DNA of 60,600 nucleotides from Erysipelotrichaceae bacterium (GTDB taxonomy: Bacteria > Bacillota_I > Bacilli_A > Erysipelotrichales > Erysipelotrichaceae): positions 1 through 60,600 of the forward strand of contig JBATBW010000081.1 of the NCBI GenBank assembly GCA_049662565.1, written 5' to 3'. The first letter of the stretch is position 1, and each line of letters starts with the position of its first letter. The notes beneath the pieces are model-generated. The model was not told the DNA's origin and searched no databases. It saw only the letters and a program-made list of their open reading frames with translations. Of this stretch, positions 28,983 through 38,083 are shown piece by piece. A program made the translations under genes and the position numbers.

Positions 28983-29657
28983 ATGTTTAATATAGCTATT
29001 ATTGATGATGAAAAATTCTTTATTGAAGAAGTCTTTGAACTATTAAATAATCAAATTGATGATTGTCATATCGCTAGTTATGATAGTGCAAGCTCATTTT
29101 TGATGGCAAATCAAATATATGATTTAGCTGTTATTGATATTAATATGCCGAAAATGGATGGTATTGAATTGTCTAAAAGAATTAAAGATAATATTAAATA
29201 TATTATTTTTCTTACTACTAACGAACAAAGGATGCAAGATGCGTTTGATTATCATGTTATGGGGTATGTATTTAAAAAAGAGATGCATAATAAGTTGGTA
29301 GATTTGGTAAAAAGTATAATAAATAAAGAAAATAAGACAATTAATTTTACTATTGATCGTCTAGTGTTTCCTTTTAAAGAAGATGATATATACTATATTC
29401 AAAAAGAAGTGCGCAGATTTTATTTGTATACCCAAAAACAAGAATATATTGTTACGGAAAAAAGTTTAGAGAGTTTGCGATTAAGGTTGTCTAATGCTTT
29501 TTCTTTTATTAATCAATCATGTATTGTTAATATCGATCACATTGCTAGGCGAGATGATGATGTCATTATGTTAGATAATGGAGTTAAACTTTATATTAGT
29601 CGGCGCTTTAAAAAGAATTTTATAAAAGAATATTTTATAAGGGTGATGGAAAAATGA
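28983..29657 (+). CDS. LytTR/AgrA-family response regulator
   Basis: The receiver domain carries 'IAIIDDE' and 'LAVIDINMPKMDG'. The C-terminal LytTR-type region reads '...IYYIQKEVRRFYLYT...FSFINQSCIVNIDHI'. Confidence 0.85.
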   Translation: MFNIAIIDDEKFFIEEVFELLNNQIDDCHIASYDSASSFLMANQIYDLAVIDINMPKMDGIELSKRIKDNIKYIIFLTTNEQRMQDAFDYHVMGYVFKKEMHNKLVDLVKSIINKENKTINFTIDRLVFPFKEDDIYYIQKEVRRFYLYTQKQEYIVTEKSLESLRLRLSNAFSFINQSCIVNIDHIARRDDDVIMLDNGVKLYISRRFKKNFIKEYFIRVMEK

Positions 29658-29736
29658 ACTTGTTAGATTGTGGAGTGAATTATCTTCTGTTTTATGTTAG
29701 TTTTTTTTGGGTTTTTAAAAAAGTAAGAATCATTTT

Positions 29737-30903
29737 TTGTGGTTTTTCATTAGTTTGTTTTTGTTTGCCTTTTTAATTTTGATATTTAATATGATTACTA
29801 ATAATGTATTTTTAAAGAATTTGTTTATTACAATAATTACTTTTGTCTTTATTTATGAGTTGTTTGATGATAATTTTTATTATGAATTATCTTATTACTT
29901 GATTTGTTGTTGCTTGTTTTGGACTATTGTATTGTTTCAAAAATTGTTTTTATTTTTTATGGGTGTGAATAGTTCTATCATGTTAGTTTTTCATGTTGTT
30001 ATTTTGTTGGGGTTGTTTTATCTTGTTGGAAGATTTTTTAATAAAAATAAATATTTGATTGATGATAGTACTTATTTGGCTCTGCTATATAATTTTGGTT
30101 TTTTGCTTGTGTTGTTATGTATTGTTATAGATGTTATGGATTATATTAAAAAAGATTCTATTTTCATTGGTTTTGTTTTAATCATTGCTGTGTATATAAT
30201 GTATTCGTTGTTTAGTACATATCGATTGATTAATTTGATTCAAGTTAATTATAAAAAAAAGTATTTAGAAAAACTGATTAATGAATCGAAAAAACAAATA
30301 GAAAATATTGAAGATGAGAATCAGGCAGTTAGACATTTAAGGCATGATTTTCAAAATCATTTATTGATTATTAATAATTTAGTTTTAGATAATAATAATG
30401 AAGATGCTTTGAAATATTTAAAAAGTATTAGTCATCATTATCAATTTGATCAAAAACAAACTATTAGTGGTTTAGTTTATTTGGATACGGTATTAAATGC
30501 CAAAGAGAATCTATTTCCTTCAATTGAGTTTGTTTTCGATGTTGAGAGAAGTAGTGTTAATATTGATGAGTTTGATTTATGTACGGTTATTTTTAATTTA
30601 TTGGATAATGCGATTAAAGAAGTTGTTACTGATGATAAGCCAAAAATAATACTGGTCATTAAAAAGCATAATGATGATGTTCTGATAAATATGAGTAATT
30701 CTTATAAAAATTTAAATTCATCAAAGGTGGAAAATGGGTTACATGGGTTGGGGTTAAAAATTGTTGAAAGTGTTGTGAATAAGTATTCAGGTCATATGTC
30801 AATTGATATTAATGAGGATTTTAATGTTAATATTATTATGAAAGACTACCATTTAGACAATAATAATACCTATTTACACCATAATAGTGGGATAGTTATT
30901 TGA
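29737..30903 (+). CDS. AgrC/ComD-like (HPK10, GHKL) sensor histidine kinase; 5' end uncertain or frameshifted
   Basis: Six predicted TM helices are followed by the H-box 'RHLRHDFQNH', N-box 'FNLLDNAIKE' and G-box 'GLHGLGLKIV'. The track start is a TTG. An upstream 40-codon ORF in another frame may be the true N-terminus. Confidence 0.8.
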   Translation: MWFFISLFLFAFLILIFNMITNNVFLKNLFITIITFVFIYELFDDNFYYELSYYLICCCLFWTIVLFQKLFLFFMGVNSSIMLVFHVVILLGLFYLVGRFFNKNKYLIDDSTYLALLYNFGFLLVLLCIVIDVMDYIKKDSIFIGFVLIIAVYIMYSLFSTYRLINLIQVNYKKKYLEKLINESKKQIENIEDENQAVRHLRHDFQNHLLIINNLVLDNNNEDALKYLKSISHHYQFDQKQTISGLVYLDTVLNAKENLFPSIEFVFDVERSSVNIDEFDLCTVIFNLLDNAIKEVVTDDKPKIILVIKKHNDDVLINMSNSYKNLNSSKVENGLHGLGLKIVESVVNKYSGHMSIDINEDFNVNIIMKDYHLDNNNTYLHHNSGIVI

Positions 30904-30953
30904 TTGTGGTATAGATACATTGACAAGTAAACTGGTTAAAGGGAGTTGATAAG

Positions 30954-31628
30954 GTGAATAAAAAGACAACATTAATTGTTTTAGGGGTGATTATTGGTAT
31001 TGGATTGGGTATTCATTTTATGGTGAAAATGTTGACCTCTAATTTCCCTTTGAAGTATGAAGATATATACAAATTATCAATTGATAATTTGAATATTGTG
31101 ATTAGAAAAGAAGTGGTTACAAAGGATGTGCAAATAGTAGTAAATGATAAAATTAATAATAGTAATAGTGTTAAGTTATCAACTATTGGTAAATACTTAG
31201 TTGTGACAAATGATGATTTATATTGCAATGATGATAAAGTAGAATATTTTAAGGGCACTTATCTTTATTTATTAGATAGTAATAAACAATATTATTTTGT
31301 GGGTGATTCTAAGATATATTATAAGAATAAATGGTATGATAAAGATATTAGTAAAGAACAAGTTGATAAGTTGTTTTTAGGGTTTAATGGAACATCAAGG
31401 TTTGAATTAAGCGATTTTGATACTATGGAATTTGTGTTTAAAGAAAGATATTATTATCCTGAAAGTGATAAACATATTGAAAATAAACTGATAGTAGAAT
31501 ACAAAGTTAATCAACAAGATGTTTATTTGAAAACATATTCATCTAGGGGTGATAATAATTATTGGATTTTAACAAGAGAACAATTTAGTAAATTTTGTGC
31601 AAATATTGAAAAGATAATTAGTGAATAA
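30954..31628 (+). CDS. membrane-anchored protein of unknown function (paralog 1)
   Basis: The start is a GTG after a GGGAG RBS, and there is a single N-terminal TM helix. It shares 'YEDIYKLSIDNLNIVIRKEV' and the C-terminal 'REQFSKFCANIEKII' with the next ORF. Confidence 0.7.
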   Translation: MNKKTTLIVLGVIIGIGLGIHFMVKMLTSNFPLKYEDIYKLSIDNLNIVIRKEVVTKDVQIVVNDKINNSNSVKLSTIGKYLVVTNDDLYCNDDKVEYFKGTYLYLLDSNKQYYFVGDSKIYYKNKWYDKDISKEQVDKLFLGFNGTSRFELSDFDTMEFVFKERYYYPESDKHIENKLIVEYKVNQQDVYLKTYSSRGDNNYWILTREQFSKFCANIEKIISE

Positions 31629-31663
31629 AGAAACTTAAATATTATATATAACGAGGTGAAATA

Positions 31664-32377
31664 ATGGTTAAGAAGATTGCATTTATCGTTTTGGGTTTGT
31701 TTGTGGGTGTGATAATGGGGATATATCTTTTTATTTCTTTCAGTGAAACTAGGATGTTTCGTAATTTTGAAGATATTTATCAGTTTTCTTTTGATGGTCG
31801 TAATGTGGTGATTCAAAAAGATGTACGTGGTGAAGATATTGCTTTAAAGGTGGATGGTTCTTTAAGACCGACGGAAAGTTTTATTACTAAAGATCAAAAG
31901 TCTTATTTGTGTGTTGTGGGGTCACCTCTTTTGCATAATGGTGAAGAAGTTGTTGTTTATGATTCTAGTTTAATTGATGAAGGTATTTGGATTTATGTTG
32001 TGGATAGTGATAAAGAGTATTATCTTAATTATCCTAATGGTATATTGTATGATAAGAAGTATTATTCGTCTGTGGATTTTTCTAAAGAAGATGTGGATTT
32101 GTTGTTGAGTAGTTTTACTAAGGTTGCGGCTTTTGATATTAATAAATATCAGTTTATGGATTTTGTTTATCGTTATCGTTATTATGATCAAACATTGGAT
32201 ACTTTTTATGAAGAGGATACATCGATTGCTTATGAGATAAGAAATGATGGTGTATATATTGTTAGTAGGTATCATTATAAGAATAAACAAGAAGTTGTAA
32301 ATTATTATAAGATTAGTGAAAAAGAATTTAAAGTTTTTTGTTTGAAGGTTGAAGAAATGATTGGGTTGAAATCGTAA
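31664..32377 (+). CDS. membrane-anchored protein of unknown function (paralog 2)
   Basis: A GAGGTG RBS precedes it and there is a single N-terminal TM helix. 'FEDIYQFSFDGRNVVIQKDV' and 'EKEFKVFCLKVEEMI' parallel paralog 1. Confidence 0.7.
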   Translation: MVKKIAFIVLGLFVGVIMGIYLFISFSETRMFRNFEDIYQFSFDGRNVVIQKDVRGEDIALKVDGSLRPTESFITKDQKSYLCVVGSPLLHNGEEVVVYDSSLIDEGIWIYVVDSDKEYYLNYPNGILYDKKYYSSVDFSKEDVDLLLSSFTKVAAFDINKYQFMDFVYRYRYYDQTLDTFYEEDTSIAYEIRNDGVYIVSRYHYKNKQEVVNYYKISEKEFKVFCLKVEEMIGLKS

Positions 32378-32409
32378 TTGATTAGTGTTAAAATATTGAC
32401 ATATGTCAA

Positions 32410-32590
32410 GTAAAGGTAGTAGTTATTAAAATCTGATAGCGAGTTGATGGTTGGTGTAAATCAATAGATGATAATAATGAATTAGGTTACAATAGTTGAT
32501 ATCGTTATTTCGCGTTAAGGAAATTGGAGTGCATCGTTGATGAACTAAGGTGGTACCACGCTTTTGCGTCCTTAGATGCACTTTTTTTAT
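32410..32590 (+). promoter_or_regulatory. T-box leader (tRNA-Leu-responsive) with terminator/antiterminator; 5' boundary approximate
   Basis: The T-box core 'aactaaggtggtaccacg' lies at 32544-32560. The terminator helix gagtgcatc...gatgcac is followed by T7 (to 32588). A tentative specifier 'gaaTTAg' lies at 32482-32484. Confidence 0.8.
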
Positions 32591-32604
32591 TGGGAGGAAC
32601 TTTT

Positions 32605-34995
32605 ATGTATAATCATTTAGAAATTGAAAAGAAGTGGCAAGAATATTGGGATAAGCATCAGACTTTTAAGACGGATGTTTATGATTTTAGTAAGCCGAAG
32701 TTTTATGCTTTGGATATGTTTCCTTATCCTAGTGGTCAAGGATTGCATGTTGGTCATCCTGAAGGATATACGGCTAGTGATATTGTTTGTCGGATGAAAA
32801 GAATGCAAGGTTTTAATGTTTTACATCCAATGGGATTTGATTCTTTTGGTTTACCAGCGGAACAGTATGCGATTAATACGGGTAATCATCCAGAGAAGTT
32901 TACTTTAGAAAATATAAAGACTTTTAAAGAACAGTTGAGTATGATTGGTCTTTCTTTTGACTGGGATAAAGAAATTTCGACTTGTGATCCTAATTATTAT
33001 AAATGGACACAATGGATATTTAAGAATTTATATGCCGATGGTTTAGCTAAGTATGTCGATATGCCGGTTAATTGGTGTGAAGAATTAGGTACAGTGCTTG
33101 CTAATGATGAGATTATTGATGGTAAAAGTGAACGTGGTGGATATCCAGTTGTTAAAAAGAATATGAAGCAATGGGTAATTGATATTGTTAAGTATGCGGA
33201 TCGTTTAATTGATAATTTAGATAAGGTTGATTGGCCTAATTCGACAAAGGAAATGCAAAAGAATTGGATTGGTAAATCAATTGGTGCCAGTGTTGATTTT
33301 AAGGTTAATGGAAGTGAAGAGTATTTTACGGTATTTACTACGCGTTGTGATACTTTGTTTGGGGCTACTTATTGTGTTCTTGCACCTGAACATCCATTAG
33401 TTGATAAGATTACTACTTCTGATAAAAAGGATGAAGTAGCTGCTTATATTAAAGAGTGTGCAAGCAAAAGTGAAATTGAAAGAACGGCTAATAAAGAGAA
33501 GAGTGGAGTTTTTACAGGTGCTTATGCGATTAATCCAGTTAATGATAAATTGATTCCGATTTATATTAGTGATTATGTTTTAATTAGTTATGGTACGGGT
33601 AGTATTATGGCGGTTCCTGCTCATGATGAAAGAGATTATGCTTTTGCGAAGAAGTTTAATATTGATATTATTGAGGTTTTACAAGGTGGGGATATTAGTA
33701 AGGAAGCTTATACTCAAGATGGTCTTCATGTGAATAGTGGTTTTTTAAATGGTTTAAATAAAGAAGATGCCATTATTACGATGTTGGATTGGTTAGAAGA
33801 AAAGGGTATTGGTAAAAAGAAAATTAATTATAAATTAAGAGAGTGGATTTTTGCTCGTCAAAGATATTGGGGTGAACCGATTCCGGTTGTGCATTTAGAA
33901 GATGGTTCTACTTATGTTTTAAAAGATAGTGAGTTACCTTTGGTGTTGCCGACATTAGATGATTATAAACCGGCAAAGAGCGGGAGTAGTCCATTAGATA
34001 AAGCTAGTGATTGGGTTAATGTTACTATTGATGGAATAAAGGGTAAAAGAGAAACTAGTACTATGCCAGGGTCAGCTGGTAGTAGTTGGTATTATTTGCG
34101 TTATATTGATCCTAAAAATGAGAAGATGTTGGCTGATCCTAAATTATTAGAGCATTGGATGCCGGTGGATTTATATATTGGCGGTCCTGAACATGCGGTT
34201 GGTCATTTGTTATATGCGAGAATGTTTAATCAATATTTATTTGATAAGGGTATTGTGAAGTGTGAAGAACCGTTTAAGAAGTTAGTGCACCAAGGGATGA
34301 TCTTAGGGGCTAATGGTATTAAGATGGGTAAACGTTTCCCAGAATATATTGTGGATCCAAAAGTGATTGTGAAGAATTATGGTGGTGATACTTTACGGGT
34401 TTATGAAATGTTTATGGGGCCTTTAGAAGCCGATAAGCCGTGGAATGAACAATCGGTAGAAGGTAGTTATCGTTGGATTGATCGGGTATATCGTTTAGTG
34501 GAAAGTCGAACTAATTTTAGTGATGAAAATAGTGGTGAATTGGATTATAGTTATAACTATTTGATTAAGAAGGCTACTAGCGACATTGAGTCTTTGAATT
34601 TGAATACGGTTATTTCACAAATGATGATTTTTATTAATGACTGTTATAAGGCAAAGAGTATTTATGTGCCATATATTGAAGGATTTGTTCAGGTGTTCTC
34701 TTGTTTTGCTCCTTATGTGGGCGAAGAATTGTGGGAGATGTTAGGTCATAATGAAAGTATTGCTTATTATCCTTGGCCAACTTTTGATGAAAGCAAGTGT
34801 GTGCTTAGTGAAATTGAAATTGGGGTTCAAGTTAATGGTAAGATGCGTGGTAAGTTAGTTGTGGAAAAGGATATGCCAAAAGAAGAGTTGGAAAAATTGG
34901 CTCTAGAAATCCCTAATGTTATTGTAGCTATGGATAATAAACCGGTGCGTAAGTTAATTATTGTTCCTAATAAAATAGTGAATATTGTTGTTTAG
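32605..34995 (+). CDS. leuS: leucine--tRNA ligase
   Basis: '[13 protein letters not shown]' (HIGH) and a KMSKS-type loop 'GIKMGKR' are present. I chose the ATG at 32605, which follows a GGGAGG RBS; the track extension back to 32524 lies in the T-box leader. Confidence 0.96.
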   Translation: MYNHLEIEKKWQEYWDKHQTFKTDVYDFSKPKFYALDMFPYPSGQGLHVGHPEGYTASDIVCRMKRMQGFNVLHPMGFDSFGLPAEQYAINTGNHPEKFTLENIKTFKEQLSMIGLSFDWDKEISTCDPNYYKWTQWIFKNLYADGLAKYVDMPVNWCEELGTVLANDEIIDGKSERGGYPVVKKNMKQWVIDIVKYADRLIDNLDKVDWPNSTKEMQKNWIGKSIGASVDFKVNGSEEYFTVFTTRCDTLFGATYCVLAPEHPLVDKITTSDKKDEVAAYIKECASKSEIERTANKEKSGVFTGAYAINPVNDKLIPIYISDYVLISYGTGSIMAVPAHDERDYAFAKKFNIDIIEVLQGGDISKEAYTQDGLHVNSGFLNGLNKEDAIITMLDWLEEKGIGKKKINYKLREWIFARQRYWGEPIPVVHLEDGSTYVLKDSELPLVLPTLDDYKPAKSGSSPLDKASDWVNVTIDGIKGKRETSTMPGSAGSSWYYLRYIDPKNEKMLADPKLLEHWMPVDLYIGGPEHAVGHLLYARMFNQYLFDKGIVKCEEPFKKLVHQGMILGANGIKMGKRFPEYIVDPKVIVKNYGGDTLRVYEMFMGPLEADKPWNEQSVEGSYRWIDRVYRLVESRTNFSDENSGELDYSYNYLIKKATSDIESLNLNTVISQMMIFINDCYKAKSIYVPYIEGFVQVFSCFAPYVGEELWEMLGHNESIAYYPWPTFDESKCVLSEIEIGVQVNGKMRGKLVVEKDMPKEELEKLALEIPNVIVAMDNKPVRKLIIVPNKIVNIVV

Positions 34996-35002
34996 TAAGG
35001 GT

Positions 35003-35039
35003 AAGGGTTAGGCATTTGTGCTTAACCTTTTGTCTTTTT
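35003..35039 (+). terminator. intrinsic terminator of leuS
   Basis: A 12-bp stem (two G-U pairs) aagggttaggca/tgcttaaccttt is followed by a T-rich tract. Confidence 0.7.
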
Positions 35040-35103
35040 GGGGGTGTATTAGTTATTTAATATTTGACTTTTTTGTGCTAAACTATATAAGAGGTGATAT
35101 TAT

Positions 35104-35736
35104 ATGCGTATGCGTAAAAAACCTTATCGCGATACAGTTTTAAATGATAGAATAGATGTCATAGTTAAAGAACCACAATTGGTTAAAGGTTGTTGGAAAG
35201 AACTATTAGATAGTGATATATTGCATGTTGAAATCGGTAGTGGTAAAGGTGATTATTGGATTAAAATGAGTGAGTTATACCCTTCAGAAGGCTTTGTTGG
35301 TATTGAGAAGAACTTGGATGTGGCAGCTCGGGCTGTGAATAAGACTTCAGTTAATCAATTGCCAAAGAGTCGTTTTATTGCTTTAGATAGTAAGGATATT
35401 AGTTCTTGGTTTGATTTGGGTGAGATTGATGTGATTCATTTGAATTTTAGTGATCCTTGGCTAAAGAGTGGTTATAAAAAGAGAAGATTGACGCATAGTA
35501 ATTTTTTACAAATGTACTATGATTTGTTGAATGTTGATGGTCGTATTATTATGAAAACGGATAATAAAGATTTGTTTGAGTTTTCTTTATTAGAATTTGC
35601 GACGCAACCTTTTGAATTGGTGGATGTTAGCGTGGATTTTCGTCGCAAAGAAAATGATGATGTTATTAGTGAGTATGAACAAAAGTTTATGGATTTAGGA
35701 CAAGTTATTTATCGAGGAATTTGGAGGAAAAAATAA
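35104..35736 (+). CDS. trmB: tRNA (guanine46-N7)-methyltransferase
   Basis: 'HVEIGSGKGDY' is the SAM motif, and 'NFSDPW' and 'KTDN' are present. Confidence 0.9.
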   Translation: MRMRKKPYRDTVLNDRIDVIVKEPQLVKGCWKELLDSDILHVEIGSGKGDYWIKMSELYPSEGFVGIEKNLDVAARAVNKTSVNQLPKSRFIALDSKDISSWFDLGEIDVIHLNFSDPWLKSGYKKRRLTHSNFLQMYYDLLNVDGRIIMKTDNKDLFEFSLLEFATQPFELVDVSVDFRRKENDDVISEYEQKFMDLGQVIYRGIWRKK

Positions 35737-36809
35737 TGGATATAGCTTTAGCGAAAGAATTGACACAGGCTGTTGGTATTAGTGGCTGTGAAAAATATGT
35801 TAGTCGTATTTTAAAGAAATATTATGATGTTTTGACCGATGAAGTTGTTTATGATAATTTAGGTGGTATTTGTGCCATCAAACGTTGTGGTAAAGAAAAT
35901 GCGAAAAAGGTTTTAGTTGTCGCTCATATGGATGAAGTGGGAATGATCGTTAGTGATATTTGTGATAATGGTTGTTTGAAGTTTGAGATTATTGGTGGTA
36001 TTTGGAACCAAAATATGTTAGCTCAAAGAGTTTTGTTGCAAAATAGTGATGGCAAGATTTTTAAAGGTTGTATTGGTTCGATTGCTCCGCATTTGTTAAG
36101 TGAAGAAGTGCGTAATAAACCAATGGATCCTAAGAATATGTATATTGATTTGGGTTTTACTTGTAAACAAGAAGTTATTGATGCGGGTATCAGACATAAT
36201 GATCCGATGGTAATGGATGGTCCTTTTGAAGAGCTTAATAATGGTCAAAGAATTTTAGCGAAAGCTTTTGATGACCGTTATGGTTGTATCTTAGGTGTGG
36301 AATTACTAAGAGCGGTTAAAGACATACAATTAGATTTTGATTTATATGTAGCGGGTAGTGTTCAAGAAGAAGTGGGATTACGAGGTGCTAGTACGATGAC
36401 TCATTTAGTTAATCCGGATCTTGCGATTGTTTTGGATTGTTCTCCTGCCAATGATTATAGTACGGATAAGAATATTTTTGGGGTATTAGGTAAGGGTGTT
36501 TTAGTTCGTTTCTTTGATAGGGGGATGTTGCCTAATCGAACATTAATAAATTGGTATCAAGATTTAATGGATAAAGCAAATATCAAGAATCAGTATTATG
36601 TTAGTATGGGTGGTACTGATGCGGGAGTTATTCATAAGTCAAATGATGGTATTCCGACTTTAACTATGTGTTTGTGTGCTCGTAATATTCACTGCAGTGC
36701 TTCTATTATTGATATGAATGATTATAAGTGTGCTTATGATGCTTTATTATTGGTGATGAGAGAATTAAATGGTAATTTGATTGAGGATTTTAAACGTGAA
36801 AATCAGTAA
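35736..36809 (+). CDS. M42-family metallo-aminopeptidase (YtoP/YsdC/PepA-like)
   Basis: 'VVAHMDEVGMIV', 'AFDDRYGC' and 'VQEEVGLRGA' are present. The ATG overlaps the trmB stop (TAATG) and follows a GGAGG RBS. Confidence 0.88.
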   Translation: MDIALAKELTQAVGISGCEKYVSRILKKYYDVLTDEVVYDNLGGICAIKRCGKENAKKVLVVAHMDEVGMIVSDICDNGCLKFEIIGGIWNQNMLAQRVLLQNSDGKIFKGCIGSIAPHLLSEEVRNKPMDPKNMYIDLGFTCKQEVIDAGIRHNDPMVMDGPFEELNNGQRILAKAFDDRYGCILGVELLRAVKDIQLDFDLYVAGSVQEEVGLRGASTMTHLVNPDLAIVLDCSPANDYSTDKNIFGVLGKGVLVRFFDRGMLPNRTLINWYQDLMDKANIKNQYYVSMGGTDAGVIHKSNDGIPTLTMCLCARNIHCSASIIDMNDYKCAYDALLLVMRELNGNLIEDFKRENQ

Positions 36810-37512
36810 GATTGTTTTAGTTATCCTTTGTTGTTTGTTATTGAGTGGTTGTATGTCACAAAAACAAACATTGAAGGAAGAACTTCTTGCGAATATTAAA
36901 GTTATTAAAGAGAATAAATTACCAAAGGTCACAAATAATGAAAAGAAGTATTTCCGTTTCAATTTACCGGCTGGTTTGGGAAAAATTGAATCGGATACGA
37001 ATAATAATATTTTTAATTTAGATAATTATCCTTTAGTGATGAATTTAAATATTGCCCAAATATTGAATGACCGTTACTATTATAATAATCAAAAGGCTAG
37101 TTTAGAGATTAATCCCACTACTCCTAGTGATGAAGTTGTGGATTTAACTTTTCAAATTAATGATTATTTAGGTAATCCTAAAGATTGTCATATAAAGGCA
37201 ACATTGTTGAGTAATGATCGTTATTATTTACAAATTGGCAGCAATTATTTAGATTTTGGTTGTGTGGTACCAAAAACGATGTTTAATCGGGTAATTGATG
37301 TTGTTTTTCATATAATTAGAACTTCGGTTATTGATTTTGATGGCATTACAGTAGCGTATACTAATAAAGAGTTAGAAAACAATACTAAACATGATGTTAG
37401 TTTATTTACCCAAATAGCACCACAAGATGGTTTAGTATCGGATATTGTAAATGGCGGAACAATTAATCCGGATTTAATTGGTTCAGGAGGTATGGATAGT
37501 GCAGATCAATAG
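36796..37512 (+). CDS. lipoprotein of unknown function
   Basis: The signal peptide has a lipobox ('LLLSGC'). I chose the GTG at 36796, 8 nt after GAGGA. Confidence 0.65.
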   Translation: MKISKIVLVILCCLLLSGCMSQKQTLKEELLANIKVIKENKLPKVTNNEKKYFRFNLPAGLGKIESDTNNNIFNLDNYPLVMNLNIAQILNDRYYYNNQKASLEINPTTPSDEVVDLTFQINDYLGNPKDCHIKATLLSNDRYYLQIGSNYLDFGCVVPKTMFNRVIDVVFHIIRTSVIDFDGITVAYTNKELENNTKHDVSLFTQIAPQDGLVSDIVNGGTINPDLIGSGGMDSADQ

Positions 37513-38080
37513 TTATCGATTGTTTTATAGCGATAGTTTTCCTAATGTATGGGTTATTAAAACGGATATTGAGAAAAATTGCGATCATTATGTTGTGAAT
37601 AAGAATGTAGTTATTTTGTATAGTGACAATGATGAAATCGTGGGAATTAATATATTGAATATGCCAATTTTAGAAAAAAAAGGGTATAATTATTTTAATG
37701 AAGAATTGATTGAGGTGTTGAATCCTTTGTTACAGGATAATAATTTACCTTTAGTGGTTTTAAAACCTAATAATATTCGGGTTGGTCGTATTTTATCTTA
37801 TGTTCAAGAAGATAATTTACGTGTTTGTGAAGTTAGAGTGTTAGATAAGATTATCCAAGTAGTGACAAATAGAGATAATTTTGTTGAAAATGATTTAGTA
37901 TATGTGGCACTTGAGAATGCAATTATTCCCGATGGTACTTTAATTAAGGATAGTAAAGTTTATGGACATCCAAGTCAAGGAATGTTTTTAAGTAGTAGAA
38001 CATTACAATTAGATTTAAATGATAGTAATTTATTGATAGTAAATGATAAAAATGAGGGCGATTACTATAGCGGGAGGTAG
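37499..38080 (+). CDS. YtpR-like tRNA-binding (OB-fold) protein
   Basis: The C-terminal 'VGRILSYVQE..LRVCEVRV..QVVTN...GHPSQGMFLS' resembles the CsaA/PheT-N tRNA_bind domain. I chose the GTG at 37499 after a GGAGG RBS. Synteny with the B. subtilis ytpR-murC region supports the call. Confidence 0.65.
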   Translation: MQINSYRLFYSDSFPNVWVIKTDIEKNCDHYVVNKNVVILYSDNDEIVGINILNMPILEKKGYNYFNEELIEVLNPLLQDNNLPLVVLKPNNIRVGRILSYVQEDNLRVCEVRVLDKIIQVVTNRDNFVENDLVYVALENAIIPDGTLIKDSKVYGHPSQGMFLSSRTLQLDLNDSNLLIVNDKNEGDYYSGR

Positions 38081-38083
38081 ACC

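Noticed and set aside
32524-32604. N-terminal extensions offered by the ORF track. Examples are leuS from 32524, oppA from 47451, the cooC-like gene from 54832, pgk from 25354, glyA from 27618, the HAD gene from 16635, htpG from 22156 and murC from 38910.
   Set aside because: The extensions cover a T-box terminator, promoters or the upstream gene. In every case an internal ATG sits 5-9 nt after a strong GGAGG-type RBS and begins the conserved N-terminus of the family.
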